DNA from: Candidatus Omnitrophota bacterium | GTDB taxonomy: Bacteria; Omnitrophota; Gorgyraeia; Duberdicusellales; 4484-171 | Reading direction: 5' to 3' | Length of the DNA stretch: 64,000 nucleotides | NCBI GenBank assembly: GCA_021735445.1 | Contig: JAIPHA010000004.1 | Coordinates: 1,508-65,507, forward strand | Shown: positions 48,163 through 56,617 of the stretch, piece after piece | Layout of the letters: every line of letters begins with the position of its first letter | Numbering within the stretch: position 1 is the stretch's first letter | Translations under genes and position numbers: made by a program | The notes under the pieces: generated by a model | Seen by the model: only the letters and a program-made list of their open reading frames with translations | What the model was told of the DNA's origin: nothing | Database searches by the model: none

Positions 48163-48360
48163 GAAACGAAAGATACAAGAGACAAGAAACAATGACCAAA
48201 CAAGATACAATATCCAGATTCAAATCCTTCGACTGTGCTCAGGATGGTTCGAAGGATGGTGAGCAGAGTCGAACCATAACCAAATATTTGGTTTGATTAT
48301 TGGATATTGGAATTTGGGATTTGTTTGTATCTTGTGTCTTGGTTATTGGTTATTTCGATT
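48163..48360. repeat. family A intergenic element (CAA-heptamer arm / TTG-heptamer arm), copy 1
   Basis: Shares aaacgaaagatacaaga, caagatacaata, tattggatattgga, tttgtttgtatcttgt and ttggttattggttatttc with 50983-51158. Confidence 0.8.
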
Positions 48361-48387
48361 ATTAACGTATTATATGAGGAGGTTGAA

Positions 48388-48834
48388 ATGATACAAGGTT
48401 TTGGCGATATGAGTTTGTCTCTGGCATTTGCCGCAGTAGGTTCTGCCTTAGGTACGGGAGTAGCCGGGATGGCTGCGGTAGGAGCATGGAAAAAAGCTTT
48501 TGCTTTGAATAAAACAGCCCCGTTTACTTTGCTTGCCTTTGTAGGCGCGCCTTTAACCCAAACAATCTATGCTTGGATATTGCGGGATCAAATTATTGCC
48601 GCGAATTTGCCCGCTACTGTTGCCACTTATGTATTTCAGGCTGTACTTGGGCTAGCTGCTGGTATTGCCATGGGAATGTCTGCTTACATGCAAGGCAAAG
48701 CGGCAGCAAGAGCTTGTGATGCTTTAGCAGAAACCGGAAAAGGGTTTGGCCAATATATAACAGTACTGGGGATAATTGAGACTGTTGCTTTATTTGTGAT
48801 GGTATTTTGTATGATGGCCCTTCCTTCGGCCTAG
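48388..48834 (+). CDS. atpK: V-type ATP synthase subunit K (proteolipid)
   Basis: Gly/Ala-rich TM hairpins; start set at the ATG preceded by GAGGAGG; the ORF-track start at 48307 lies in the repeat. Confidence 0.88.
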   Translation: MIQGFGDMSLSLAFAAVGSALGTGVAGMAAVGAWKKAFALNKTAPFTLLAFVGAPLTQTIYAWILRDQIIAANLPATVATYVFQAVLGLAAGIAMGMSAYMQGKAAARACDALAETGKGFGQYITVLGIIETVALFVMVFCMMALPSA

Positions 48835-49012
48835 TTCGTTAATTTTACTCTCAAGAAACAGTTACTCAATTACTGAGCATTAACAATGTTTGCTAAAAGG
48901 GTTGATTTTTTCATCAATTCTTGTTATTATTGCGGATATGGCACTTCGCTGAGTAATTCAGCTTAAGTGCCATTGAAAAATAAGGTATACTCTAAATATG
49001 TTCTTTTTCAAT

Positions 49013-49087
49013 GGGCGGTTAGCTCAGTTGGTTTAGAGCGTCTCGTTTACACCGAGAGGGTCGTGGGTTCGAATCCTACACCGCCCA
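49013..49087 (+). tRNA. tRNA-Val(TAC)
   Basis: GGGCGGTTAGCTCAGTTGG..., anticodon loop TTTACAC, T-loop TTCGAAT. Confidence 0.88.
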
Positions 49088-49268
49088 TGTTTTTTTGTTC
49101 ATAATGTTTATAGCTGGGAACACAGCAGAATGGCTAAAAATTTCCTCCCAGCGCTTCGCGGCTCGTCAATTTTTTATACGCCATTTTCCTGTTAAAATCA
49201 TAAAGCGTTCAAAAAAGCTGTTTCTTTTTTATTCGTAACAATGAAATCTAACTGATATTTTAAAGATT

Positions 49269-50978
49269 ATGGATTTAAAAACTTTACGACATTCATGTTC
49301 TCATGTTCTAGCTTCAGCGGTTAAGAAGCTCTATCCGGAGGCGAAATTAGGCATAGGTCCTGCTATCGAAGAAGGGTTTTACTATGATTTTGATATTCCC
49401 GGAGGCTTAAGCGAAGAAGATTTGCCAAAAATTGAAGAGCTAATGGAAGAAGAGATAAGGTCAGCGCTACCATTTGCTCAAAAAGATTTAGGCAAAGAAG
49501 AAGCTATAGATTTTTTTAAGCAAAAAGGAGAAATTTATAAGATAGAATTGATTAAAGATTTAGAAAAAGACCGGGTTTCAACTTTTCAGCATAATGATTT
49601 TATAGATTTATGCAAAGGGCCTCATTTAAAAGATACAGGGCCTTTAAAAAATTTTAAATTACTTTCGGTATCAGGGGCTTATTGGCGGGGAAGCCAAGAA
49701 AACGCTCAGCTAAGCCGGGTCTATGGAACGGTTTTTCCCGACAGAAAAAGTTTAAAAAAATATCTAAACCGGTTAGAAGAGGCAAAAAAAAGAGATCATC
49801 GCAAGTTAGGCAAGGAATTAGGCCTATTTGATATATATCCGGAACAAGCCGGGGCAGGATTAGTTTTTTATCTGCCTAACGGTGCGATTTTAAGAAAAAT
49901 TATCATCGATTGGGAGATAAACGAACACTTCAAAAGAGGGTATCAAATGATAAATACGCCTCATATTATGGATAAAAATCTTTGGGAAAAAAGCGGCCAC
50001 CTTGACCATTACCAGGAGTATATGTATCCGATAGAAAAAGCCAAACAAGAGTTTATCTTAAAACCTATGAATTGCCCCGGGCATATTTTAGTTTATAAAT
50101 CAAAGCTCCACAGCTTTAGAGACCTTCCTTTTAGATTGTTTGAACTAGGGACGGTCTACCGGTTCGAAAAAAGCGGAGTTTTACATGGTTTGCTTCGCTT
50201 GCGGGGCTTTACCCAAGATGACGCGCATATTTTTTGTAAAAAAGAAGACCTTTATTCAGAAATAGAAGGAGTAATTGATTTTGTTAAATCTACCATGGAT
50301 AAGTTTGGGTTTAAAGACTATAGCGCTGAATTAAGCACTCGCCCGGATAAATTTATCGGAAAATTAAAAGATTGGCAGATGGCCGAAAATATTTTAGAAG
50401 GAGTTTTAAAAGATAAAAAGCTTAACTATAAACTCAATCCCGGTGACGGAGCTTTTTATGGCCCCAAGATAGATATTATTTTAAAAGACGCGATAGGAAG
50501 GAGTTGGCAATGCGCTACTATCCAGCTTGATTATAATATTCCTGAGAGGTTCGATTTAACTTATCGTTCCAGAGAGGATAAAGATGAAAGAGTGGTTATG
50601 ATTCATCGAGTAGTTTTAGGAAGCTTGGAGAGGTTTATCGCAACGCTGGTAGAGCATTTTGCGGGGGCTTTTCCGCTCTGGCTTGCTCCCATTCAAGTTA
50701 GCGTTTTAAATATAAATAAAGATGTGGCCGATTATGCGGATAAAATAAAAGAAAGGTTGTTAGAAGAAGGCTTTAGGGCTGAATCCGACTTAAGAGAAGA
50801 GACTTTGCAAAAGAAAATCAGGGAAAAAGAGGCCCAAAAAATACCTTATATGCTTATAGTCGGCCGGCGGGAAAAAGAAGCCGGGACGGTTTCGCTGCGC
50901 CAAAGGGGAATGAAAAAAATGGGAACAAAAAAAACAGAAGAGTTGGTAAAATTTTTAAGAAAACAATCGAACAAATAG
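49269..50978 (+). CDS. thrS: threonine--tRNA ligase (no N-terminal TGS domain)
   Basis: Begins in the editing domain (RHSCSHVLA); class II motifs; 569 aa. Confidence 0.92.
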   Translation: MDLKTLRHSCSHVLASAVKKLYPEAKLGIGPAIEEGFYYDFDIPGGLSEEDLPKIEELMEEEIRSALPFAQKDLGKEEAIDFFKQKGEIYKIELIKDLEKDRVSTFQHNDFIDLCKGPHLKDTGPLKNFKLLSVSGAYWRGSQENAQLSRVYGTVFPDRKSLKKYLNRLEEAKKRDHRKLGKELGLFDIYPEQAGAGLVFYLPNGAILRKIIIDWEINEHFKRGYQMINTPHIMDKNLWEKSGHLDHYQEYMYPIEKAKQEFILKPMNCPGHILVYKSKLHSFRDLPFRLFELGTVYRFEKSGVLHGLLRLRGFTQDDAHIFCKKEDLYSEIEGVIDFVKSTMDKFGFKDYSAELSTRPDKFIGKLKDWQMAENILEGVLKDKKLNYKLNPGDGAFYGPKIDIILKDAIGRSWQCATIQLDYNIPERFDLTYRSREDKDERVVMIHRVVLGSLERFIATLVEHFAGAFPLWLAPIQVSVLNINKDVADYADKIKERLLEEGFRAESDLREETLQKKIREKEAQKIPYMLIVGRREKEAGTVSLRQRGMKKMGTKKTEELVKFLRKQSNK

Positions 50979-50982
50979 ATAA

Positions 50983-51158
50983 AAACGAAAGATACAAGAT
51001 ACAAGAAACAATAATCAAGCAAGATACAATAACCAAATTTCAATGATCAAACAAAACGATAAAGAAATATAATTTAAAAATTGATGATGTTTGGTAATTG
51101 GGTATTGGATATTGGAGTTTGTTTGTATCTTGTTTTTTGGTTATTGGTTATTTCAATT
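50983..51158. repeat. family A intergenic element, copy 2
   Basis: See 48163-48360; lies between the thrS stop and the infC RBS. Confidence 0.8.
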
Positions 51159-51187
51159 GTAAACATGTTAAAAAGGAGGCTAAATAG

Positions 51188-51694
51188 GTGAAGAAAAGAG
51201 TAAGGGTAAATTTGAGAGTTGTTGCAGAAAGTTTAAGATTAATCAGCCCCGACGGAGAACAATTAGGAGTAGTGAGCCGTAAGGAGGCTTTAGATAAAGC
51301 AAGGGAGCATGGCCTTGATTTAGTCGAAATTGCTCCTTCTGCAAAACCACCGGTTTGCCGGGTAATGGATTTTACTAAATATAAATACGAACAGAGCAAA
51401 CGAGAAAAAGAATTAAAAAAACACCAGAAGCAATCTCAGCTAAAAGAAGTGAGAATTACTCCGCGAACCGAAAAGCATGATTATCAAGTTAAATTAAAAA
51501 GAATAAAAGGGTTTTTAGAAAAGCGGCATAAAGTAAGGATAAGAATGTGGTATAAAGGCAGAGAAATTACTCATAAAGAAATCGGAAGAAGAATTGTAGA
51601 TAATATTATAGAAGATACCAAGCCTATAGCTCAAATTGATAAAGAGCCTGTAATGAGAGGGAAAACTATGATATTTACTTTGAGCCCGAAATAG
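51188..51694 (+). CDS. infC: translation initiation factor IF-3
   Basis: GTG start after AAAGGAGG; INLRVVAESLRLISPDGEQLGVV. Confidence 0.92.
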   Translation: MKKRVRVNLRVVAESLRLISPDGEQLGVVSRKEALDKAREHGLDLVEIAPSAKPPVCRVMDFTKYKYEQSKREKELKKHQKQSQLKEVRITPRTEKHDYQVKLKRIKGFLEKRHKVRIRMWYKGREITHKEIGRRIVDNIIEDTKPIAQIDKEPVMRGKTMIFTLSPK

Positions 51695-51785
51695 CTATAA
51701 TAGAACCACAGATAACACAGAAAGCAGGTAATAGAAAGATTTACAGAAGACACAAAGAAAGAATAATAGATGAGGAGGAAGAGGT

Positions 51786-51986
51786 ATGCCGAAATTAAAA
51801 ACAAAAAAAGCATTAGCGAAAAGGATTAAAATTACGAAAAAGAAAAAAGCTTTACGGTCAAAAGCCGGCAGAAGGCATTTGTTGAGCGGAAAGGGGCGAA
51901 AAAGAAAAAGGAATTTACGGAAAAAAGATAAAATGCCAAAAGAATTAAGTAAGCTGGTAAAGAGGGCCTTACCTTATTCAGCTTAA
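51786..51986 (+). CDS. rpmI: 50S ribosomal protein L35
   Basis: MPKLKTKKALAKRIKITKKKK; 66 aa. Confidence 0.93.
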   Translation: MPKLKTKKALAKRIKITKKKKALRSKAGRRHLLSGKGRKRKRNLRKKDKMPKELSKLVKRALPYSA

Positions 51987-52012
51987 AAGATTATTAATAA
52001 AAGGAGTTTGTT

Positions 52013-52357
52013 ATGAGAGCAAGAAGTCCTGTAGCTTCTCGAAAAAGAAAGAAAAAAGTATTAAAGCAAGCCAAAGGGTATTGGGGCAGGCGTTCTAAAA
52101 ATTACCGCAGAGCCATTGAAACCCTAAGGCGGGCTTACGTTTATGCCTACAACCACAGACGGCTTAAAAAAAGAGAGTTTCGTTCTTTATGGATTACCCG
52201 TCTCAATGCAGCTGCCAGAGAGAGAGGTACATCTTACCGGGAATTAATCAATGATTTGAAAAATAATAATATAATTCTTTCCCGAAATGTCCTAGCGTTG
52301 ATTGCCTCGGAAAATCCAGAGGTTTTTGATAAAATCGTTGAAACAGTAAAGAAATAA
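52013..52357 (+). CDS. rplT: 50S ribosomal protein L20
   Basis: KGYWGRRSKNYRRAIETLRRA. Confidence 0.94.
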   Translation: MRARSPVASRKRKKKVLKQAKGYWGRRSKNYRRAIETLRRAYVYAYNHRRLKKREFRSLWITRLNAAARERGTSYRELINDLKNNNIILSRNVLALIASENPEVFDKIVETVKK

Positions 52358-52368
52358 AAGACAAAAGC

Positions 52369-52764
52369 ATGCGTTATATTATTATCGTAGGATGTAGCCG
52401 AACCGGAAGGGTTTTAGCCAGAGAATTATCTAATACCGATAATGTGGTTATAATTGATAAAGACCTGAAAAAACTGGATTCTTTTAAAGAGGATTTTAAC
52501 GGAAAAAAAATATGGGCGGATGCTTTAGACGTTAACACTCTTGAAAAAGCGGGGATAAAAGAAGCCGATGCTCTTTTTTTGCTTACCGGAAATGATAATC
52601 TCAATCTAGTTGTAGGTAAAGTTGCTAAAAGAAAATATAAAATTAAAAAGATCATCTTACAAGTAAATGACACTATGAAAAAAAAGATATTCGGGGAAGA
52701 AGGCCTAACTGTAATTAATAAAACCTATCTTCTCGGAGAGGTGTTGAAGAAGTGTATATCGTAA
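52369..52764 (+). CDS. TrkA-N (RCK N-terminal) domain protein
   Basis: IIIVGCSRTGRVLAREL Rossmann motif; 131 aa; no TrkA-C domain. Confidence 0.75.
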   Translation: MRYIIIVGCSRTGRVLARELSNTDNVVIIDKDLKKLDSFKEDFNGKKIWADALDVNTLEKAGIKEADALFLLTGNDNLNLVVGKVAKRKYKIKKIILQVNDTMKKKIFGEEGLTVINKTYLLGEVLKKCIS

Positions 52765-53417
52765 TTGCTGGAGCAGGCAGGTTAGGCTTAATTTTGGCAA
52801 AAAGGCTTACAGAAGATAAGCATCAGGTCTGCTTGATAGATAAAAGCCAGAGGCTATGTGGCTTGTTGGCCAGAGAGTTGGATAAAGTGATGATTATTTG
52901 CGGAGACGCGACTTATCCCGAGATATTAAGGGAAGCTCAAATAGAAAAGGCCGACGTTTCGGTTGCAGCAACCTCAGGCGATGAAGATAATATAATCATT
53001 TCATACCTAGCTAAGGAACTGTTTGGAATAAAGAGAACGGTGTCCCGGGTAAATGACCCCAAGCATATACCATTGTATAAATATATGAAAGTCGATAACC
53101 CCGTAGATTCGACTTCAATCATTGCAAGAGTTGTCGAGGAAGAAGCTTCTTTTTCCGATGTGATGAATCTTTTAAGTATTAAGAAGGGAAGGCTTTCTAT
53201 AGTCAGGGTAGATATTCCGGAAAATTCTCCTGTTGCGAATAAATCCTTAAAAGACATTAAATTGCCCGCTAATTCAGTTTTAATTTCTATATTGCGAGGG
53301 CCAGAAATTGTTATTCCTTCTGGCTCAACATCTATTTTGCCCGGAGATGAAATAATTGCAGCTACCTTAATTGACAGCGAGGCAGATTTGACTAAGTCTC
53401 TTATCGGTAAAGTATAA
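52752..53417 (+). CDS. trkA: Trk/Ktr system potassium uptake protein TrkA (N plus C domains)
   Basis: GTG start; IVIAGAGRLGLILAKRL; C-terminal RCK_C. Confidence 0.85.
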   Translation: MYIVIAGAGRLGLILAKRLTEDKHQVCLIDKSQRLCGLLARELDKVMIICGDATYPEILREAQIEKADVSVAATSGDEDNIIISYLAKELFGIKRTVSRVNDPKHIPLYKYMKVDNPVDSTSIIARVVEEEASFSDVMNLLSIKKGRLSIVRVDIPENSPVANKSLKDIKLPANSVLISILRGPEIVIPSGSTSILPGDEIIAATLIDSEADLTKSLIGKV

Positions 53418-53531
53418 TATGAAGCCATTCTTGGGTATTGTTTTAGAGATTTGTTGTTGTTTGGCTATTATTTTAGCGGGGTATTTACTTGCGCTGGGGT
53501 TAAACTTCTTTTTTCCTTTTAGAATTTAATT

Positions 53532-55016
53532 ATGGTAATTTCTCCCACCAAAAAAGATCTGTCTACGATTTTAAACCTCCTGGGAAGATTAATTTTAGGT
53601 TTAAGTTTTTTTATGTTGGTGCCTCTTTTTGTGGCCGTGGCTATGGCCGAAAGTTCTCCTTTTTTTGATTTTGTTATCGGAGTTTCTCTAAGCGGGGCTT
53701 TTGGATTGATTTTGTTAATCTTTTTCCCGATTAAAAACGAAATTTCCTGGATACATACTTTTTTTACAGTTAGCCTGGGGTGGCTGTTTTTTTCATTATT
53801 GGGCGCGATTCCTCTTTTTTTATCAGGGCATTTTGGTTCTTTTTTGGATGCTTGTTTTGAAGCGATGAGCGGATTCGCCACAACAGGGTTGATTTTAATC
53901 CAAGATTTGGATCACCTGTCTTTTTCACACAATACCTGGCGCCATCTCACCATGTTTATCGGAGGCCAGGGCATAATTTTGGCAAGCCTTTCGATATTAT
54001 CTCAAGCTAAATCAGTTGCGGTAGGTTTTTATCTTGGTGAAGCAAGACAGGAAAAAATTTTTCCTAATGTAATGGGAACTGCCCGTTTTATCTGGAAAGT
54101 CAGCTTTATTTTTTTAATTACAGGGGTTGCGGCGTATTCTCTGATTCTAAGCAAAATCGGCTTACCTATCCTTAAATCAGTTTTTCAGGCTTTTTGGCTT
54201 TTTTTCGCTGCTTTTGACACCGGAGGTTTTACTCCCTATAAACAAAGCATTGCTTACTACCATAGCTTCCAATTAGAAATAGCTACAATTGTTTTTATGA
54301 TTCTAGGGGCCTTTAATTTTAATTTGCATTTCTGGCTTTGGCATAAAGAGAAAAAAGAAATATTTAAAAATTTTGAAATTAAAACTTTTCTTTTTACTTT
54401 TTTTTCACTGCTTTTATTAATTTATTTACCTTTTCTAGGTACTAATTTTACCGGATTATTCAGGGGCGGTTTTTACCAGCTTATATCGGCTCATACCGGT
54501 TGTGGTTTTACTAACCTAGAGGGAGGGGTTTTAATGGGTTTTCCTCTTCTTTCGATTTTAGCGGTAATTTTTGCAATGATGATTGGCGGAGGAGTGTGTT
54601 CGACTACCGGCGGAATCAAATTGATGCGGATTGGAATTATTTTTAAAACTATTTTTGCCGAGGTTAAGCGCTGGATTATGCCTCCTAATGCAGTTTTTAA
54701 GGAAAAATACCATCATTTAAATAATTTGCTTTTATCTAATAAGCGGATAAAAGACGCCTTTGTAATTTTTATTTTATTTATTATTACCTATGTAGCAGGA
54801 GCCTTAATTGCTATTGGTTTAGGTTATCCGGGGATAGCTGCCTTATTTGAATCGGTTTCTGCGACTGCAAACGTTGGTTTATCAAGCGGCATAACCAGTC
54901 CCGATATGCCAAATCTTTTAAAAGTAGTATATATAGTTCAAATGTGGGTAGGCCGGTTGGAATTTATTGCGGTTTTTGTTACATTAGGGGTATTGCTGTC
55001 ATTTTTTAAAAAGTAG
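53532..55016 (+). CDS. trkH: TrkH-family potassium transporter
   Basis: 494 aa; multi-TM; GFATTG, FDTGGF and TTGGIK selectivity-filter-like motifs. Confidence 0.88.
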   Translation: MVISPTKKDLSTILNLLGRLILGLSFFMLVPLFVAVAMAESSPFFDFVIGVSLSGAFGLILLIFFPIKNEISWIHTFFTVSLGWLFFSLLGAIPLFLSGHFGSFLDACFEAMSGFATTGLILIQDLDHLSFSHNTWRHLTMFIGGQGIILASLSILSQAKSVAVGFYLGEARQEKIFPNVMGTARFIWKVSFIFLITGVAAYSLILSKIGLPILKSVFQAFWLFFAAFDTGGFTPYKQSIAYYHSFQLEIATIVFMILGAFNFNLHFWLWHKEKKEIFKNFEIKTFLFTFFSLLLLIYLPFLGTNFTGLFRGGFYQLISAHTGCGFTNLEGGVLMGFPLLSILAVIFAMMIGGGVCSTTGGIKLMRIGIIFKTIFAEVKRWIMPPNAVFKEKYHHLNNLLLSNKRIKDAFVIFILFIITYVAGALIAIGLGYPGIAALFESVSATANVGLSSGITSPDMPNLLKVVYIVQMWVGRLEFIAVFVTLGVLLSFFKK

Positions 55017-55024
55017 GAACACAG

Positions 55025-55582
55025 ATGAACACAGATAAGATATTGAATAACAGTTTTTGCAGATGCACACAGATTTGGAAAGATAAGGGCGCACTACCAT
55101 TCTTTATTTTGATCCTAACTTTCTTGTTTTCTTTAGCTGTTTACGCTGAAGCCCAAACTATAAATTTAAAATCTTTAATAGCTAAGCCGGAAACATATGA
55201 TGGGAAAATGGTTTCTTTTGAGGCTGAAGCAATCGGGGACCCGCTTCGTGGCAAAAAAGGAAGCTGGTTTAATGTCCAGTCAGGAGAATATAATATGGGC
55301 ATTTTTGTAAAAAATCAGAGCATTATCAACTCAATCAATTATTGGGGCAATTACAAAGAAAGAGGAGATTTAATTAAGATTAAAGGTATTTTTTATAAAA
55401 ATTGCTCTGTTCACGGCGGCAGGGATTTGCATCTGGTTGATCTTGAAGTTGTAGAAAAAGGAAAAAAAATAAAACTTAAGGTGGCGGATGGGAAAAAAAG
55501 GTTTGCTTTATTTAGTTTTGTAATTTTCTTGACATTAGGATCTATTTATCTTATAAAAATAAGATTATGGCAGCAGAAATAA
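55025..55582 (+). CDS. hypothetical exported protein with a C-terminal TM anchor (start uncertain)
   Basis: Signal-like ALPFFILILTFLFSLAVYAEA; beta-rich middle; C-terminal FALFSFVIFLTLGSIYLI; 16-nt overlap with pheS. Confidence 0.45.
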   Translation: MNTDKILNNSFCRCTQIWKDKGALPFFILILTFLFSLAVYAEAQTINLKSLIAKPETYDGKMVSFEAEAIGDPLRGKKGSWFNVQSGEYNMGIFVKNQSIINSINYWGNYKERGDLIKIKGIFYKNCSVHGGRDLHLVDLEVVEKGKKIKLKVADGKKRFALFSFVIFLTLGSIYLIKIRLWQQK

Positions 55583-56613
55583 AAAAGATAAAAAATAATT
55601 TTCAAAAAGATTTAGAGAACGCAAAAAACAGCGGGTCTTTAAAGAAGCTAAAGATAAAATATCTGGGGAGAAAATCAAAGATCTCAGAACTTTTTTCTAA
55701 TATCCCGAATTTGGCTAAGCAAGAAAGAGGTTACTGGGGGAAAGAGCTAAATATTTTAAAAAACCAAATAAGTGCGGCTATCGAGGCAAGGCTAGCAGAA
55801 AAAAACCAGCAAGAAGAAAGAATGGATTTAACCTATCCGGCCAGGCTGCCGGATAAAGGCTCCAGCCATATTTTAAGCTCGGTTACAAGCGATATTTGTT
55901 TGATATTTAAAGAACTGGGTTTTCATATAATTTCCGGGGATGAGGTGGAAGACGAATGGCATAATTTTTCTGCCTTGAATATTCCTTTGGAGCATCCTTC
56001 CCGCGACGCTTTTGACACTTTTTATCTCGATTTATCTAAAAAAAATCAAAAAAGCGGGGATTGGCTGTTACGCAGCCATACTTCTCCCTCTCAAATTCGA
56101 ATGATGCAAAAATTAACCCCTCCCTTAGCTGTAGTTTCTCCGGGCCGGGTCTATCGTCCCGATGTAGTCGATGCGACTCATTCTTTTATGTTTTATCAAA
56201 TAGAAGGCTTTGCGGTTGGGGAGAATTTAAGCTTTGCTGATTTAAAAGGAGTTCTTCTTCATTTTGCCAAACAATTTTTTTCTCAAAAAGTTCAGCTTCG
56301 TTTCCGGCCTCATTTCTTTCCTTTTACCGAGCCTTCGGCGGAGGTGGATGTATCTTGTGTTATCTGCGGAGGCAACCAGGCAGAAGGAGAAGGCCGATGC
56401 AGCGTATGCAAGGGCAAAGGTTGGCTTGAAATATTAGGGTGCGGGATGATTCATCCCAATGTACTTGAGGCTTGCGGGATAGACAGCAATAAATACCAAG
56501 GGTTTGCTTTTGGGATGGGAGTAGATAGAATAGTTATGCAGAAATACCAGATAAACGACATTAGGCTTTTTTATGAAAACGATCTAAACTTTTTAAAACA
56601 ATTTCCGATTTAA
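55567..56613 (+). CDS. pheS: phenylalanine--tRNA ligase alpha subunit
   Basis: Class II motifs; FRPHFFPFTEPSAEVD; GMGVDRI. Confidence 0.94.
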   Translation: MAAEIKKIKNNFQKDLENAKNSGSLKKLKIKYLGRKSKISELFSNIPNLAKQERGYWGKELNILKNQISAAIEARLAEKNQQEERMDLTYPARLPDKGSSHILSSVTSDICLIFKELGFHIISGDEVEDEWHNFSALNIPLEHPSRDAFDTFYLDLSKKNQKSGDWLLRSHTSPSQIRMMQKLTPPLAVVSPGRVYRPDVVDATHSFMFYQIEGFAVGENLSFADLKGVLLHFAKQFFSQKVQLRFRPHFFPFTEPSAEVDVSCVICGGNQAEGEGRCSVCKGKGWLEILGCGMIHPNVLEACGIDSNKYQGFAFGMGVDRIVMQKYQINDIRLFYENDLNFLKQFPI

Positions 56614-56617
56614 AGAT

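Noticed and set aside
48307-48387. N-terminal extension of atpK in the ORF track (MEFGICLYLVSWLLVISIINVLYEEVE)
   Set aside because: The extension is encoded by the TTG-heptamer arm of the family A repeat and starts at a non-ATG codon. A strong GAGGAGG RBS precedes the internal ATG at 48388. For the same reason I trimmed 35059-35136 (yjbQ), 35606-35641 (fpg), 5192-5242 (pseudopilin) and 10931-10951 (rpoZ).
49088-49268. T-box or tRNA-mimic leader upstream of thrS
   Set aside because: A hairpin (gctggga...tcccagc) is present. I find no T-box sequence, specifier-loop context or terminator/antiterminator pair, so this is left unannotated.
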